DNA of 30,414 nucleotides. Origin: Bacteroidota bacterium. GTDB taxonomy: Bacteria; Bacteroidota; Bacteroidia; Bacteroidales; GWA2-32-17. Below the pieces are notes generated by a model. That model saw only the letters and a list, made by a program, of their open reading frames with translations. It was not told the origin of the DNA and searched no databases. Position 1 is the stretch's first letter; every line of letters starts with the position of its first letter. The stretch spans positions 1 to 30,414 of the forward strand of contig JBBIKO010000001.1 of the NCBI GenBank assembly GCA_037445415.1, written 5' to 3'. This document shows, piece after piece, positions 8,253-16,794 of the stretch. Position numbers and translations under genes: made by a program.

Positions 8253-9872
8253 ATACATATCCTGGTTTAAACCTATCATACAATCGCATTAAAACTAAAG
8301 AATATTACAATAGGAGGTACTGCACCAATACGAATTCAAACAATGACAAACACTAGTACTGGCGATGTAAAACTAACAATAAATCAAATATTACGTTTGT
8401 ACAATTTGGGAGCCGAAATAATAAGAATAGCAGTACCTACGCTTAAAGATGTTGAAGCTGTTAAAGAAATATCAAAATATCTACAAATCAATAAACTAAA
8501 TATCCCTATTATTGCTGATGTTCATTATATTCCATCTATAGCAGAGAAAGTTGCCCCATTCGTTCAAAAAGTACGCATTAATCCAGGCAATTATGTCAAT
8601 CTTACTAAATCATCCAAAAAAAAAGAATATTCATTAAGTGAAATAGAGCAAGAAAAAGAAAAAATATATAAAAATATACTTCCGTTACTTAAAATTTGCA
8701 AAGAACATCAAACAGCTATTAGAATAGGTATAAATTTTGCTTCGTTGTCGTGGCGAATGATTCACATTTATGGTAACACACCACAAGCAATGGTTGCTTC
8801 TGCTTTGGAGTTTTACGAAATATGCAAAGCCGAAGACTTCGAAAACTTAATATTCTCGTTTAAAGCCAGCGATGTTAAACAGACTATTTATGCAAATAGG
8901 CTATACGTTAAGGAAATGCAGGAAAAATACGAAATTGTATATCCGTTGCATGTTGGAATTACCGAAGCAGGAATAGACATCGAGGGCAGAATAAAGTCTA
9001 TTGCAGGAATAGGAACATTATTATTCAACGGAATTGGCGATACTATTAGAGTTTCTTTAACAGAAACTCCAGAAAATGAAATACCTGTTGCAAAAAAAAT
9101 AATAGAGTTATTACATCAAAATAAGAAAGAAAAAGGAGAAACAAAAGTCAGCTTTACTATAAACATTGAAGCACCGAAAAGAAGAACAAAGCCATTTAAC
9201 TTCATTGGAGGGGAGAATTCTTTTTTTTATAAAGTATATACTAATTCGACAACAGAAAATCAAGAATTAATTCAAATCAATTCAAATAAAAACAACATAG
9301 AATTTATAAATTTGAACCTAAAAGATTCTATTTTCGAAATTCGAAAAAGAATTTTACCTGCAATTGAAAGCAATAAGCCTATTGTTGTTAAAATTGTTTT
9401 AGGTAATGCTTTAAACTACGAACTTTTTAGCTTGTATGTAGCCAACTTATTACTTGAAAAGCTTATTGATGCAATAATTGTTGAAACAACAGAAGAGTAT
9501 AAAGATTATTGGGAAAACATTTTAAAAATATTATTGCAAACAACAGGAGTGGTTAGAACTGGTAACGAATACATTTCTTGTCCTTCTTGTAGCAGAACAA
9601 CTTTCGATATTGAAAATATTACACGACAGGTAAAAGAAGCAACAAAAGATTTAAAAGGTTATAAAATTGCTGTGATGGGGTGTATAGTCAACGGACCTGG
9701 CGAAATGCAGGATGCAGACTACGGAATGGTAGGAGCGGGAAAAGATAAAGTAAATTTATTCAGAAAAGGGGAATTAGTTTTAAAATGTATCCAAATAAAC
9801 GAAGCTATACAGTCTTTACTTAAACTTATTCGAGACGATGAAAATAACAATATTAGCCATAGGCAAAACTGA
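8243..9872 (+). CDS. ispG: 4-hydroxy-3-methylbut-2-en-1-yl diphosphate synthase (long Bacteroidota type); apparent frameshift at about 8295-8305, main ORF 8343-9872
   Basis: Motifs IIADVHY, KVRINPGN, AIRIGINFASLS, YPLHVGITEAG, GIGDTIRVSLT, and Fe-S ligands CPSCSRT and MGCIVNGPGE. The conserved N-terminus is split over two frames: ATG 8243 MYINTYPGLNLSYNRIKTKE, then KNITIGGTAPIRIQTMTNT in the main frame. Confidence 0.9.
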
Positions 9873-10305
9873 CGAACAATATATAAGCTATGGTATAAAA
9901 GAATTTATCAAAAAAATTATTCCATTTTGTAGTATAAATATTGAAATTATAAATGAACCTAAAAATCACTCGAAAATACCAGTAGCAGAGCAAATTCAAA
10001 CGGAAGCCAAATTTATTGAACAACATTTACAACAAGCCGATTTAACCATATTATTAGACGAAAAAGGCAAAAACTATAATTCAGTAGAATTTTCTAAACA
10101 GTTGGAAAATTGGCTAAATACCAATAAAAAAAGATTAGTTTTTGTAATTGGTGGTCCTTATGGTATAGCAGAATCATTAAAAAATAAATATAACACATTT
10201 TCTTTATCGAGTATGACTTTCAATCACCAGTTAGTTCGTTTATTACTACTTGAGCAAATTTATCGAGCTTTTACTATTATTAAAGGTTTCCCATATCATA
10301 AATAA
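9838..10305 (+). CDS. rlmH: 23S rRNA (pseudouridine1915-N3)-methyltransferase
   Basis: MKITILAIGKT; ILLDEKGK; LVFVIGGPYG; SLSSMTFNHQLVRLLLLEQIYRAFTI; GFPYHK. Confidence 0.96.
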   Translation: MKITILAIGKTDEQYISYGIKEFIKKIIPFCSINIEIINEPKNHSKIPVAEQIQTEAKFIEQHLQQADLTILLDEKGKNYNSVEFSKQLENWLNTNKKRLVFVIGGPYGIAESLKNKYNTFSLSSMTFNHQLVRLLLLEQIYRAFTIIKGFPYHK

Positions 10306-10344
10306 TTCGAAAAAAGAAAAAGAATTAGTAACAAAACTTTACAT

Positions 10345-10352
10345 TAACTTTG
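10345..10352 (+). promoter_or_regulatory. Bacteroidota -7 box TAACTTTG
   Basis: Matches TAnnTTTG, 10 nt before ATG 10363. Confidence 0.55.
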
Positions 10353-10362
10353 CTTTTAAAAA

Positions 10363-12411
10363 ATGATGCAATTTTTATATCCCTTGGTATTGTGGTTCAG
10401 TTTTTTTGCATTAATCCCAATTATAATACATTTGTTTTATTTCAGACGTTATAAAATAGAATATTTTAGCCAAACAGAACTACTCGAAAATATTGTAAAA
10501 CAATCACGTTCTCAACAAAGATTAAGAAATTTGCTAATATTATTACTGCGAGTATTATTCATTATATTGTTAGTATTAGCATTTTCGCAACCGTATATAA
10601 AACAAGAACAAAATTCAAGTAAAACAGGCGAAAAAATTTATGCAATGTACATCGACAACACTTTCAGTATGAACGATGAAGGAACAAATGGTATATCGCT
10701 TTTAGAAGAAGCAAAAAGCAAAGCTATAACTTTTGTTCAGTCGCTTCCAAAAAACACAAAATATTTGTTATATTATCACGGTACAAGCCATAGTGTTGAT
10801 AAATTACTATCATCGGAAGAAATACAGAAAAAAATAAGTGAAATACATTTATCGTCTGCAACATCGCTTTGGAGCGACGTTTTTTCAGTTTTTAAAAGAA
10901 TAATAAATCAATCTATTACATCAGGTAATGTTTCATTGGTTTGGTTCACCGACGGGCAGCGTTATGCTGTTGATTATCCTTTGTGGGAGAAAGATTCATT
11001 AGAATTTTTCTTATTCCATCAGTTACCTGCCAAATTCAATAATATTTCTGTGGATAGTATCTGGTTCGAAACGCCACAACATTTTATTAGACAAAAAGAA
11101 AAATTATGCGTAAAAATAACTAATTATGGAGAAAACGATATTAATGCTATCCCCATTAAGTTATATTTAAACGATACTTTAAAATCGGTACTTACAATGA
11201 ACTTGCCAGCAAAAAGTTTTCAAAAAGTTGTATTCGATTACATTAACACAAAAAAAGGAACACAAAACGGCAGAATTGAAGTATCCGACTTTCCTATAAC
11301 TTTCGATAATGTTCTATATTTTAGTTATCAAGTTTACGAATCAATTAAAGTTGCTATAATTACCAACAATATACCACATTATTATGTATCATTTTTCAAA
11401 TCGGATAGCACTTTTTCTCCAACATATTATAAATGGGACAATATTACTATTTCGTCACTAAACGATAAACAGGCGGTTGTTTTAAATGAAACAGAAAATA
11501 TCTCATCTGGTATATGGAAAGATTTATCTGAATCTGTAAATAAAGGATTAACATTAGTTTTTTTACCTTCTACTAAGTTACAAACAGAAAATATTAATAA
11601 ACTTTTTAACGATATTGGTGTATCATTTTCAAAAAGCGATACTGCAAAATGGAATCTTTCAATAGCTTCTTACGAACAAGATTTCTTTAAAGGAATGTTT
11701 ACCAAAAAAGAAGAAAGAGTTAAAATGCCATGGGTAAAACTTAAATATCCTATAAATATTTTTACAAATTATCCTTATGATGTTATTTTAAATTACGAAA
11801 ACGGACAAGCCGCTTTTGTCAGAAAAAATTACGAAAAAGGTAAATTTTACTTTTTTACTTTTCCAGTGCACAACGAAAATACAAACTTTTATACTCATCC
11901 ATTGTTTGTTTCGGTTTTGTATCGTATTTTTCAACAAAGTATTTGGATGCCCGATTTGTATTACGTTTTAAGTTCTAATTTATCGTTTGCCGTAAGGCTC
12001 GATACTATTAAAAGCGAAAAACCTCACGAATTAGTCAATATTAAAACACAAAAATCGTACATCCCTTTACAACAACTACGTTTGGGCGAACTAATTGTTA
12101 ATCCTATAATTAGTGAAATGGAAGACGGATTTTATAAGCTACAACAAGAAAACAATATTGTTGCATCAATAGCATTTAATTATTCGAGAAAAGAATCGGA
12201 AATGAATTTTATGAATACCGACGAAATATCTAAAATTCTAAAAAACACCGGATACGATGTAAAAAGCTTCGTTGCACAAGATATAAATTTGTTAAAACAA
12301 GAAATTGAACAGAAATCGAAAGGGATACAATTGTGGAAATGGTTTGTTTTGCTTGCTATTCTGATGCTTTTAGCCGAGATGGCTGTAATTCGCTTTTGGA
12401 AACTTACATAA
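10363..12411 (+). CDS. BatA N-terminal double-TM domain / vWA-domain membrane protein
   Basis: MQFLYP...IPIIIHLFYFRRYK...FS and LLLRVLFIILLVLAFSQP (BatA signature); MIDAS-like IDNTFSM and FTDGQ; C-terminal TM LWKWFVLLAILMLLAEM. Confidence 0.85.
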   Translation: MMQFLYPLVLWFSFFALIPIIIHLFYFRRYKIEYFSQTELLENIVKQSRSQQRLRNLLILLLRVLFIILLVLAFSQPYIKQEQNSSKTGEKIYAMYIDNTFSMNDEGTNGISLLEEAKSKAITFVQSLPKNTKYLLYYHGTSHSVDKLLSSEEIQKKISEIHLSSATSLWSDVFSVFKRIINQSITSGNVSLVWFTDGQRYAVDYPLWEKDSLEFFLFHQLPAKFNNISVDSIWFETPQHFIRQKEKLCVKITNYGENDINAIPIKLYLNDTLKSVLTMNLPAKSFQKVVFDYINTKKGTQNGRIEVSDFPITFDNVLYFSYQVYESIKVAIITNNIPHYYVSFFKSDSTFSPTYYKWDNITISSLNDKQAVVLNETENISSGIWKDLSESVNKGLTLVFLPSTKLQTENINKLFNDIGVSFSKSDTAKWNLSIASYEQDFFKGMFTKKEERVKMPWVKLKYPINIFTNYPYDVILNYENGQAAFVRKNYEKGKFYFFTFPVHNENTNFYTHPLFVSVLYRIFQQSIWMPDLYYVLSSNLSFAVRLDTIKSEKPHELVNIKTQKSYIPLQQLRLGELIVNPIISEMEDGFYKLQQENNIVASIAFNYSRKESEMNFMNTDEISKILKNTGYDVKSFVAQDINLLKQEIEQKSKGIQLWKWFVLLAILMLLAEMAVIRFWKLT

Positions 12412-12437
12412 TTAAACATATTTTTGTTAAACAATAA

Positions 12438-13928
12438 ATGAAAAAATTTAAAAAAATAGCACTTGTTTTTTCAATAACTTTATCTGTAATTGCTTTTTGT
12501 CTTTTCTACTTACAAAATAAATCTAATTACACAAAGAATTTTTCTTTTAACACTGTCGATAGTTTAAATGCTTTGATAAGAATAACAAATAATGGAAACA
12601 AATGGGTCAAATTCAACTTTTCTTTAAATAAAAGATTTTACTCATCGTTAAATAACTTCATTCGTGAAAATAGTAATTCTTCCGATAGCGAGCAAATTGT
12701 TTTAAATTTATTTAATTCTTTTATAAATTCTGTTGTCCATGAAAATTTATTTAATAATTGGGGACCCATTCATATAACAACAATAAATTCCAAAGGTTTT
12801 GCTATTTGTGGGTGGCAAGCAGAAATTTTTAGTCAAATTTTATACAATGCAGGATTTTGTTCGCGTGTAATTTGTTTGAATGGACATGTTGTTAGCGAAG
12901 TATTTTATAATGGCAATTGGCATTTATTTGATGTAGATGGAAAAATATTTTTTAAATCCGAAAAAATTTTAGGTTACGAAGAACTTATAAAAAATCCAAA
13001 TTATACAACAAAACTAAACCCTAAAAAATACATATCCAACCTCACAGCTCTGTCAGAAAAATACAGAAATTTTTTCGTTACAACAGATGATAATAATTTT
13101 ATTTACATAACAAATAAAAATAAGGATACTTTCTTGATAAACTTGCCGCCAAATTCGAGTTTTGTCTTTCCATATTATCCAGATATTAAAAAAGACTTTC
13201 TTTTATACAATACAAAAGCCAAGCTAATTTTACCAAAAGGGTTTAGAGGATATGTAAAAAATCCCTTAGTCCTTATAAATATAGAAGGTAAAGGAAAAGT
13301 AAAATACAATAAAAGAGAATTTACTGTTCCCGAAAGTATTGAATTATTAAAAGCAAATATTTTTCTTTCAGAACAATTTGAAGATAAAATATATGTTGAA
13401 GTGTTGTCCGATAGTTTATCTCTCATTTATATGCTAAACCCGATTTTTACGGTTTTAAACAAAGAAAATACTTTCTCTATTAACGCCTCAGATAGTTTAA
13501 TTGTGAGCTTAATAAGAAATAACGAAACATCAAATAAAATAATAAACAAACCAGTCCACATTGATTTGTTGAATAAATATACTTTGTTTGCATTCGATTT
13601 AGCCAATAAAAATATTTTAAATAATGCAAAAAACTTAAATGAACTATATAATCAGCAAATTAAATCGTACTGTATTATAAATAATATTGATACACAAATT
13701 GTAAGGCTACGTTTTTCTCTGTTGGAAAAGATACAAAATGAAGCCAATTTAAGTTTATTGAACGACCCAAATTTTTATAGTGTTTTAGCTATTCTTTTGC
13801 ATAGCAATAATGAAGAATTTAAAAACCTATACATGCTTTATTACAAAAAATTTACATATAATAGTTTTTTAAAAAACTACGAAAACATAATAAAGGATAA
13901 TAATAAAAAGTTAAGAAATAATAAGTAG
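12438..13928 (+). CDS. Membrane-anchored hypothetical protein with a transglutaminase-like Cys-His-Asp core
   Basis: N-terminal hydrophobic anchor; FAICGWQA (Cys124), NGHVVSEV (His150), WHLFDVD (Asp165). Confidence 0.65.
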   Translation: MKKFKKIALVFSITLSVIAFCLFYLQNKSNYTKNFSFNTVDSLNALIRITNNGNKWVKFNFSLNKRFYSSLNNFIRENSNSSDSEQIVLNLFNSFINSVVHENLFNNWGPIHITTINSKGFAICGWQAEIFSQILYNAGFCSRVICLNGHVVSEVFYNGNWHLFDVDGKIFFKSEKILGYEELIKNPNYTTKLNPKKYISNLTALSEKYRNFFVTTDDNNFIYITNKNKDTFLINLPPNSSFVFPYYPDIKKDFLLYNTKAKLILPKGFRGYVKNPLVLINIEGKGKVKYNKREFTVPESIELLKANIFLSEQFEDKIYVEVLSDSLSLIYMLNPIFTVLNKENTFSINASDSLIVSLIRNNETSNKIINKPVHIDLLNKYTLFAFDLANKNILNNAKNLNELYNQQIKSYCIINNIDTQIVRLRFSLLEKIQNEANLSLLNDPNFYSVLAILLHSNNEEFKNLYMLYYKKFTYNSFLKNYENIIKDNNKKLRNNK

Positions 13929-13931
13929 ATA

Positions 13932-14690
13932 TTATTGTGCGATAAAAGTGTAATAAATAAATCCTTTTTGGATATTGGGTGCTTGTTCTGATGGTTGAAA
14001 ACGACTTCGCAATGTTGCTTCTAAAGCCGATTGTGGCAAACAATTTTCGTTTAATGAAGCAGATTGTTCAATAATTTTTGCAGAAAGTACCTGTCCTTTC
14101 TGATTAACTTGTACTTCAATTGTTACTTTACCAAATCCGTAACATTTATAAGCAGGAATGGGAAGTCGAATAGCCTTTCTGCCGCCCAGGTCATAACTTA
14201 TTACAGTATTGCCTGAATAAGTTGCTTGTTTTTGCTGTTGATTGTTGTTTTGTTCATTTTCTGGTTTATCCCAATTATCAATGTCTGGCAATTCGCTACT
14301 ATAGTCTTTCACAAGCCAACGCAAATCTTTATAATCGTTAGCTTTAAAAAACTCTTTACTTTGTGCCGATTTTAGTATTTCTTTGGCATCACGATAATAA
14401 TCATTCTGACTAACATTTTTATCGGCTAAGTTCTTTTCAACATTTTTGATATCAGCTTCAAAATCTTGTCCCTCTAAATGTTTATTTTCATTCAAATTAG
14501 TTAATTTTTCAGGAACATATTCTGAGCTAAAATCTATTATTATTTCGCTTTCAACTTTCTTTTCTGGATTCGACATTTCTAATATTATTAAAATACCCAC
14601 GAAAATAAGATGTATGAGTAACGTAAGACTAAAAGGAACAAAATAACGATTAATAATTTTGTCTGTTATATGTTGTAATTTCAATATCAT
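13932..14690 (-). CDS. TonB-like energy transducer family protein
   Basis: Single N-terminal TM (TLLIHLIFVGILIIL), polar linker, C-terminal TonB-C-like domain SYDLGGRKAIRLPIPAYKC...GKVTIEVQVNQKGQV...QKGFIYYTF; ATGA overlap with engB. Confidence 0.7.
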   Translation of the reverse strand: MILKLQHITDKIINRYFVPFSLTLLIHLIFVGILIILEMSNPEKKVESEIIIDFSSEYVPEKLTNLNENKHLEGQDFEADIKNVEKNLADKNVSQNDYYRDAKEILKSAQSKEFFKANDYKDLRWLVKDYSSELPDIDNWDKPENEQNNNQQQKQATYSGNTVISYDLGGRKAIRLPIPAYKCYGFGKVTIEVQVNQKGQVLSAKIIEQSASLNENCLPQSALEATLRSRFQPSEQAPNIQKGFIYYTFIAQ

Positions 14691-15298
14691 TCAGAATAAA
14701 AAACTTTATTTGAGTCTTCAATTAGGGTTAAAATTTCTTCTCTTCCCCTTTTTTCTATTGTACTTGTAAGAATATGTTGTGGTCTCGATTCCCAATAAAA
14801 GTCTAAAAATTTGTATAAATCATTTTTATGGTTGTCTAAAAGCCTTAAATTTGTTTTGTCGGTTTTTGTTGATACAATTACAAAAGGAATAAAATTTTTC
14901 CCTAGAAAAAGCATAAAGTTTTTGTCTTTATCTTGTAATGGTACTCGCGAATCTATTAACATAAAAACACAAGCTAAACTTTTTCTATTCAAAATATATT
15001 CCACAATCATATTATCCCATTTTTGGCGAGTCTCTTTAGAAACTTTGGCAAACCCAAAACCAGGTAAATCAACTAAATACCACGAATTATTAATTAAAAA
15101 ATAATTTATAGTTTTTGTTTTACCTGGTTTAGATGAAGTTTTCGATAAATCCTTTCTGTTTAAAATCATATTTATTAGAGACGATTTTCCTACATTTGAC
15201 CGTCCTATGAACGCATATTCGGGTAAATTTTGTTTAGGACAGTCCTTAAAGCCTACGCAACTTTTAACATAATTAGCTGAACGAATAATCATCGTCAT
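14687..15298 (-). CDS. engB: Ribosome biogenesis GTP-binding protein YihA/YsxC
   Basis: G1 GRSNVGKSSLIN; G2 TSSKPGKTK; G3 DLPGFG; G4 TKTDK. Confidence 0.95.
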   Translation of the reverse strand: MTMIIRSANYVKSCVGFKDCPKQNLPEYAFIGRSNVGKSSLINMILNRKDLSKTSSKPGKTKTINYFLINNSWYLVDLPGFGFAKVSKETRQKWDNMIVEYILNRKSLACVFMLIDSRVPLQDKDKNFMLFLGKNFIPFVIVSTKTDKTNLRLLDNHKNDLYKFLDFYWESRPQHILTSTIEKRGREEILTLIEDSNKVFYSE

Positions 15299-16270
15299 TT
15301 ATTTTACAAAAACTTCTAAATAGTTTGTTGTGCATAAAGGATTAACGTCTATATAACTTAAATCTGCTGGTATTAAATAAACATCGCCTTTAGTATATTG
15401 TTCTGAGCCATCTTTGTATATAATTTCCCCATTTCCATCAATAAAAATTAATATTTTAAAACTATCAATAAATTCATATTCTCTTGTTATTTGTTTATCA
15501 ATAACAAAAAGATTTGTAGAAAAATATGAACACGATACAAGCTCTACGGGTTTGTTTGTTATAGTTTGATAAACAATTTTTGGATTTTCAAGTTTAGTGT
15601 AATCTAAAATGTCTAATGCTTCTTCTATATGTAATTCTCTGTAATTCCCGTCTTTATCTTTACGATTCCAATCGAAAACCCTGTAAGTAATATCGGATGT
15701 TTGTTGTATTTCGGCTAATAATATTCCTTTGCCAATAGCATGTATTCTGCCTGGTGGAATAAAAAAAACATCTCCTTTTTTTGCTGTAACTTTATTTAAT
15801 AGACTTTCTACTGTTCCATGTTCAAGATGATGTATAAATTCTTCTTTATTCAAATTTTTGTTAAAACCAACATATATATACGAATCTGCATCGGCATCAA
15901 CTATATACCACATTTCTGTTTTTCCGTAGGCATGATGACGTTCTTTTGCAATCTCATCGTTTGGATGTACCTGAACAGACAAAATATCGGAAGCATTTAT
16001 AAATTTAATAAGTAAAGGGAATTCGTTGCCGTATTTTTCATATACTTTTTCGCCTAATAAATCGGTCATATAAACTTCAACAAGCTCGTTTAGCGAATTC
16101 CCTTTAAGGAATCTATTGGCAACTAACGACACATGATTTTCAACAGAGCTTATTTCCCACGACTCACCTATGTTATCGTTTAAAATAGGTTTATTTAATA
16201 AAATTTTTAATTTATTTCCTCCCCATATTTTTTCAAAAAAAAGAGGGAAAAATTTTATAGGATACAACAT
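15299..16270 (-). CDS. manA: Mannose-6-phosphate isomerase, class I
   Basis: EKIWGG, IGESWEIS, FPLLIKFI, LSVQVHP, GKTEMWY, EIQQTSDITYRVFDW. ATG 16270 is preferred over the track's TTG 16282, which lies in a -7 box. Confidence 0.93.
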   Translation of the reverse strand: MLYPIKFFPLFFEKIWGGNKLKILLNKPILNDNIGESWEISSVENHVSLVANRFLKGNSLNELVEVYMTDLLGEKVYEKYGNEFPLLIKFINASDILSVQVHPNDEIAKERHHAYGKTEMWYIVDADADSYIYVGFNKNLNKEEFIHHLEHGTVESLLNKVTAKKGDVFFIPPGRIHAIGKGILLAEIQQTSDITYRVFDWNRKDKDGNYRELHIEEALDILDYTKLENPKIVYQTITNKPVELVSCSYFSTNLFVIDKQITREYEFIDSFKILIFIDGNGEIIYKDGSEQYTKGDVYLIPADLSYIDVNPLCTTNYLEVFVK

Positions 16271-16279
16271 AATTTTTTG

Positions 16280-16287
16280 CAAAAGTA
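16280..16287 (-). promoter_or_regulatory. Bacteroidota -7 box TACTTTTG for manA-engB-tonB
   Basis: Matches TAnnTTTG, 9 nt upstream of ATG 16270. Confidence 0.6.
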
Positions 16288-16445
16288 AACTAAATTTCCC
16301 AATAATAACATGAGTATAAACTCAGAAATAGTAAATCAATTAATGTATTAAGACCTTTGCATGGTAATTTGTTAATAAAACGAAAACATTTGTGTATTAA
16401 AACATAAACCAATACTTTGATATACAGCCATTTATTGATAGCCCG

Positions 16446-16495
16446 ATGTATATTGGGAGAAGCTATTTAGAGAATCCCTTTATCCCAATATATAT
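16446..16495. repeat. Intergenic inverted repeat: 13-bp stem, 24-nt loop
   Basis: ATGTATATTGGGA (16446-16458) pairs with TCCCAATATATAT (16483-16495), with one G-T pair. Confidence 0.6.
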
Positions 16496-16703
16496 GCTAA
16501 CTGTAATTAGTCATCCCTTAAAATTCAATTTTTGGATTAAAAATTTTTCAAGCGTAAAACAATATTTCGTTATTACTCCGTGCCTAAATCATAAAAATTT
16601 GCAAGGTTTTTCACATAAAACTACTAAAACTTGTAGTTATTTACGAATAAAATTCTATACAATCTTTTGTTAATAAATAAGTTATACGATTTTTAAGGAA
16701 TAT

Positions 16704-16729
16704 CTATTTATTTTTCTTAATGCGTAATT
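16704..16729 (-). repeat. Left copy of a long inverted repeat pair (partner at 20496-20520)
   Basis: Minus strand reads AATTACGCATTAAGAAAAATAAATAG; differs from the right copy by one A. Confidence 0.85.
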
Positions 16730-16739
16730 TGGGTTAAAT

Positions 16740-16771
16740 AAAAAAAAGGGCTGGATAAGTACCAGCCTCTT
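16740..16771 (-). terminator. Intrinsic terminator of the T9SS hydrolase gene
   Basis: Minus strand AAGAGGCTGG-TACTTAT-CCAGCCC followed by T8, about 25 nt after the TGA at 16795. Confidence 0.8.
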
Positions 16772-16794
16772 CTAACTGACAACCCATTAAATCA

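Noticed and set aside
7295-8305. Programmed ribosomal frameshifting as the explanation for the pepP and ispG breaks
   Set aside because: Neither site has an X XXY YYZ heptamer or an obvious stimulatory structure, and the ispG alignment suggests missing residues, which recoding cannot supply.
9838-9872. 35-bp overlap of ispG and rlmH as a third frameshift
   Set aside because: Both proteins are complete in their conserved motifs; a short unconserved tail overlap is ordinary.
12180-16015. Short track ORFs 12180-12434, 13175-13426, 13852-14043, 14446-14646, 14811-15104, 15818-16015
   Set aside because: All lie antisense to well-supported genes and show no recognisable motifs.
16271-16282. Track's TTG start for manA
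   Set aside because: The TTG belongs to the TACTTTTG -7 box; ATG 16270 gives the typical MLYPIKF N-terminus.
16311-16324. TGAGTATAAACTCA resembling TGAGTATAAAACTCA at 26061-26075 as a shared operator
   Set aside because: Spacer lengths differ (4 vs 5 nt), and the second copy is explained as the core of a terminator hairpin.
16446-16673. 75-aa intergenic ORF as a protein-coding gene
   Set aside because: No recognisable motif, signal peptide or consensus promoter; kept only as part of the hairpin finding.
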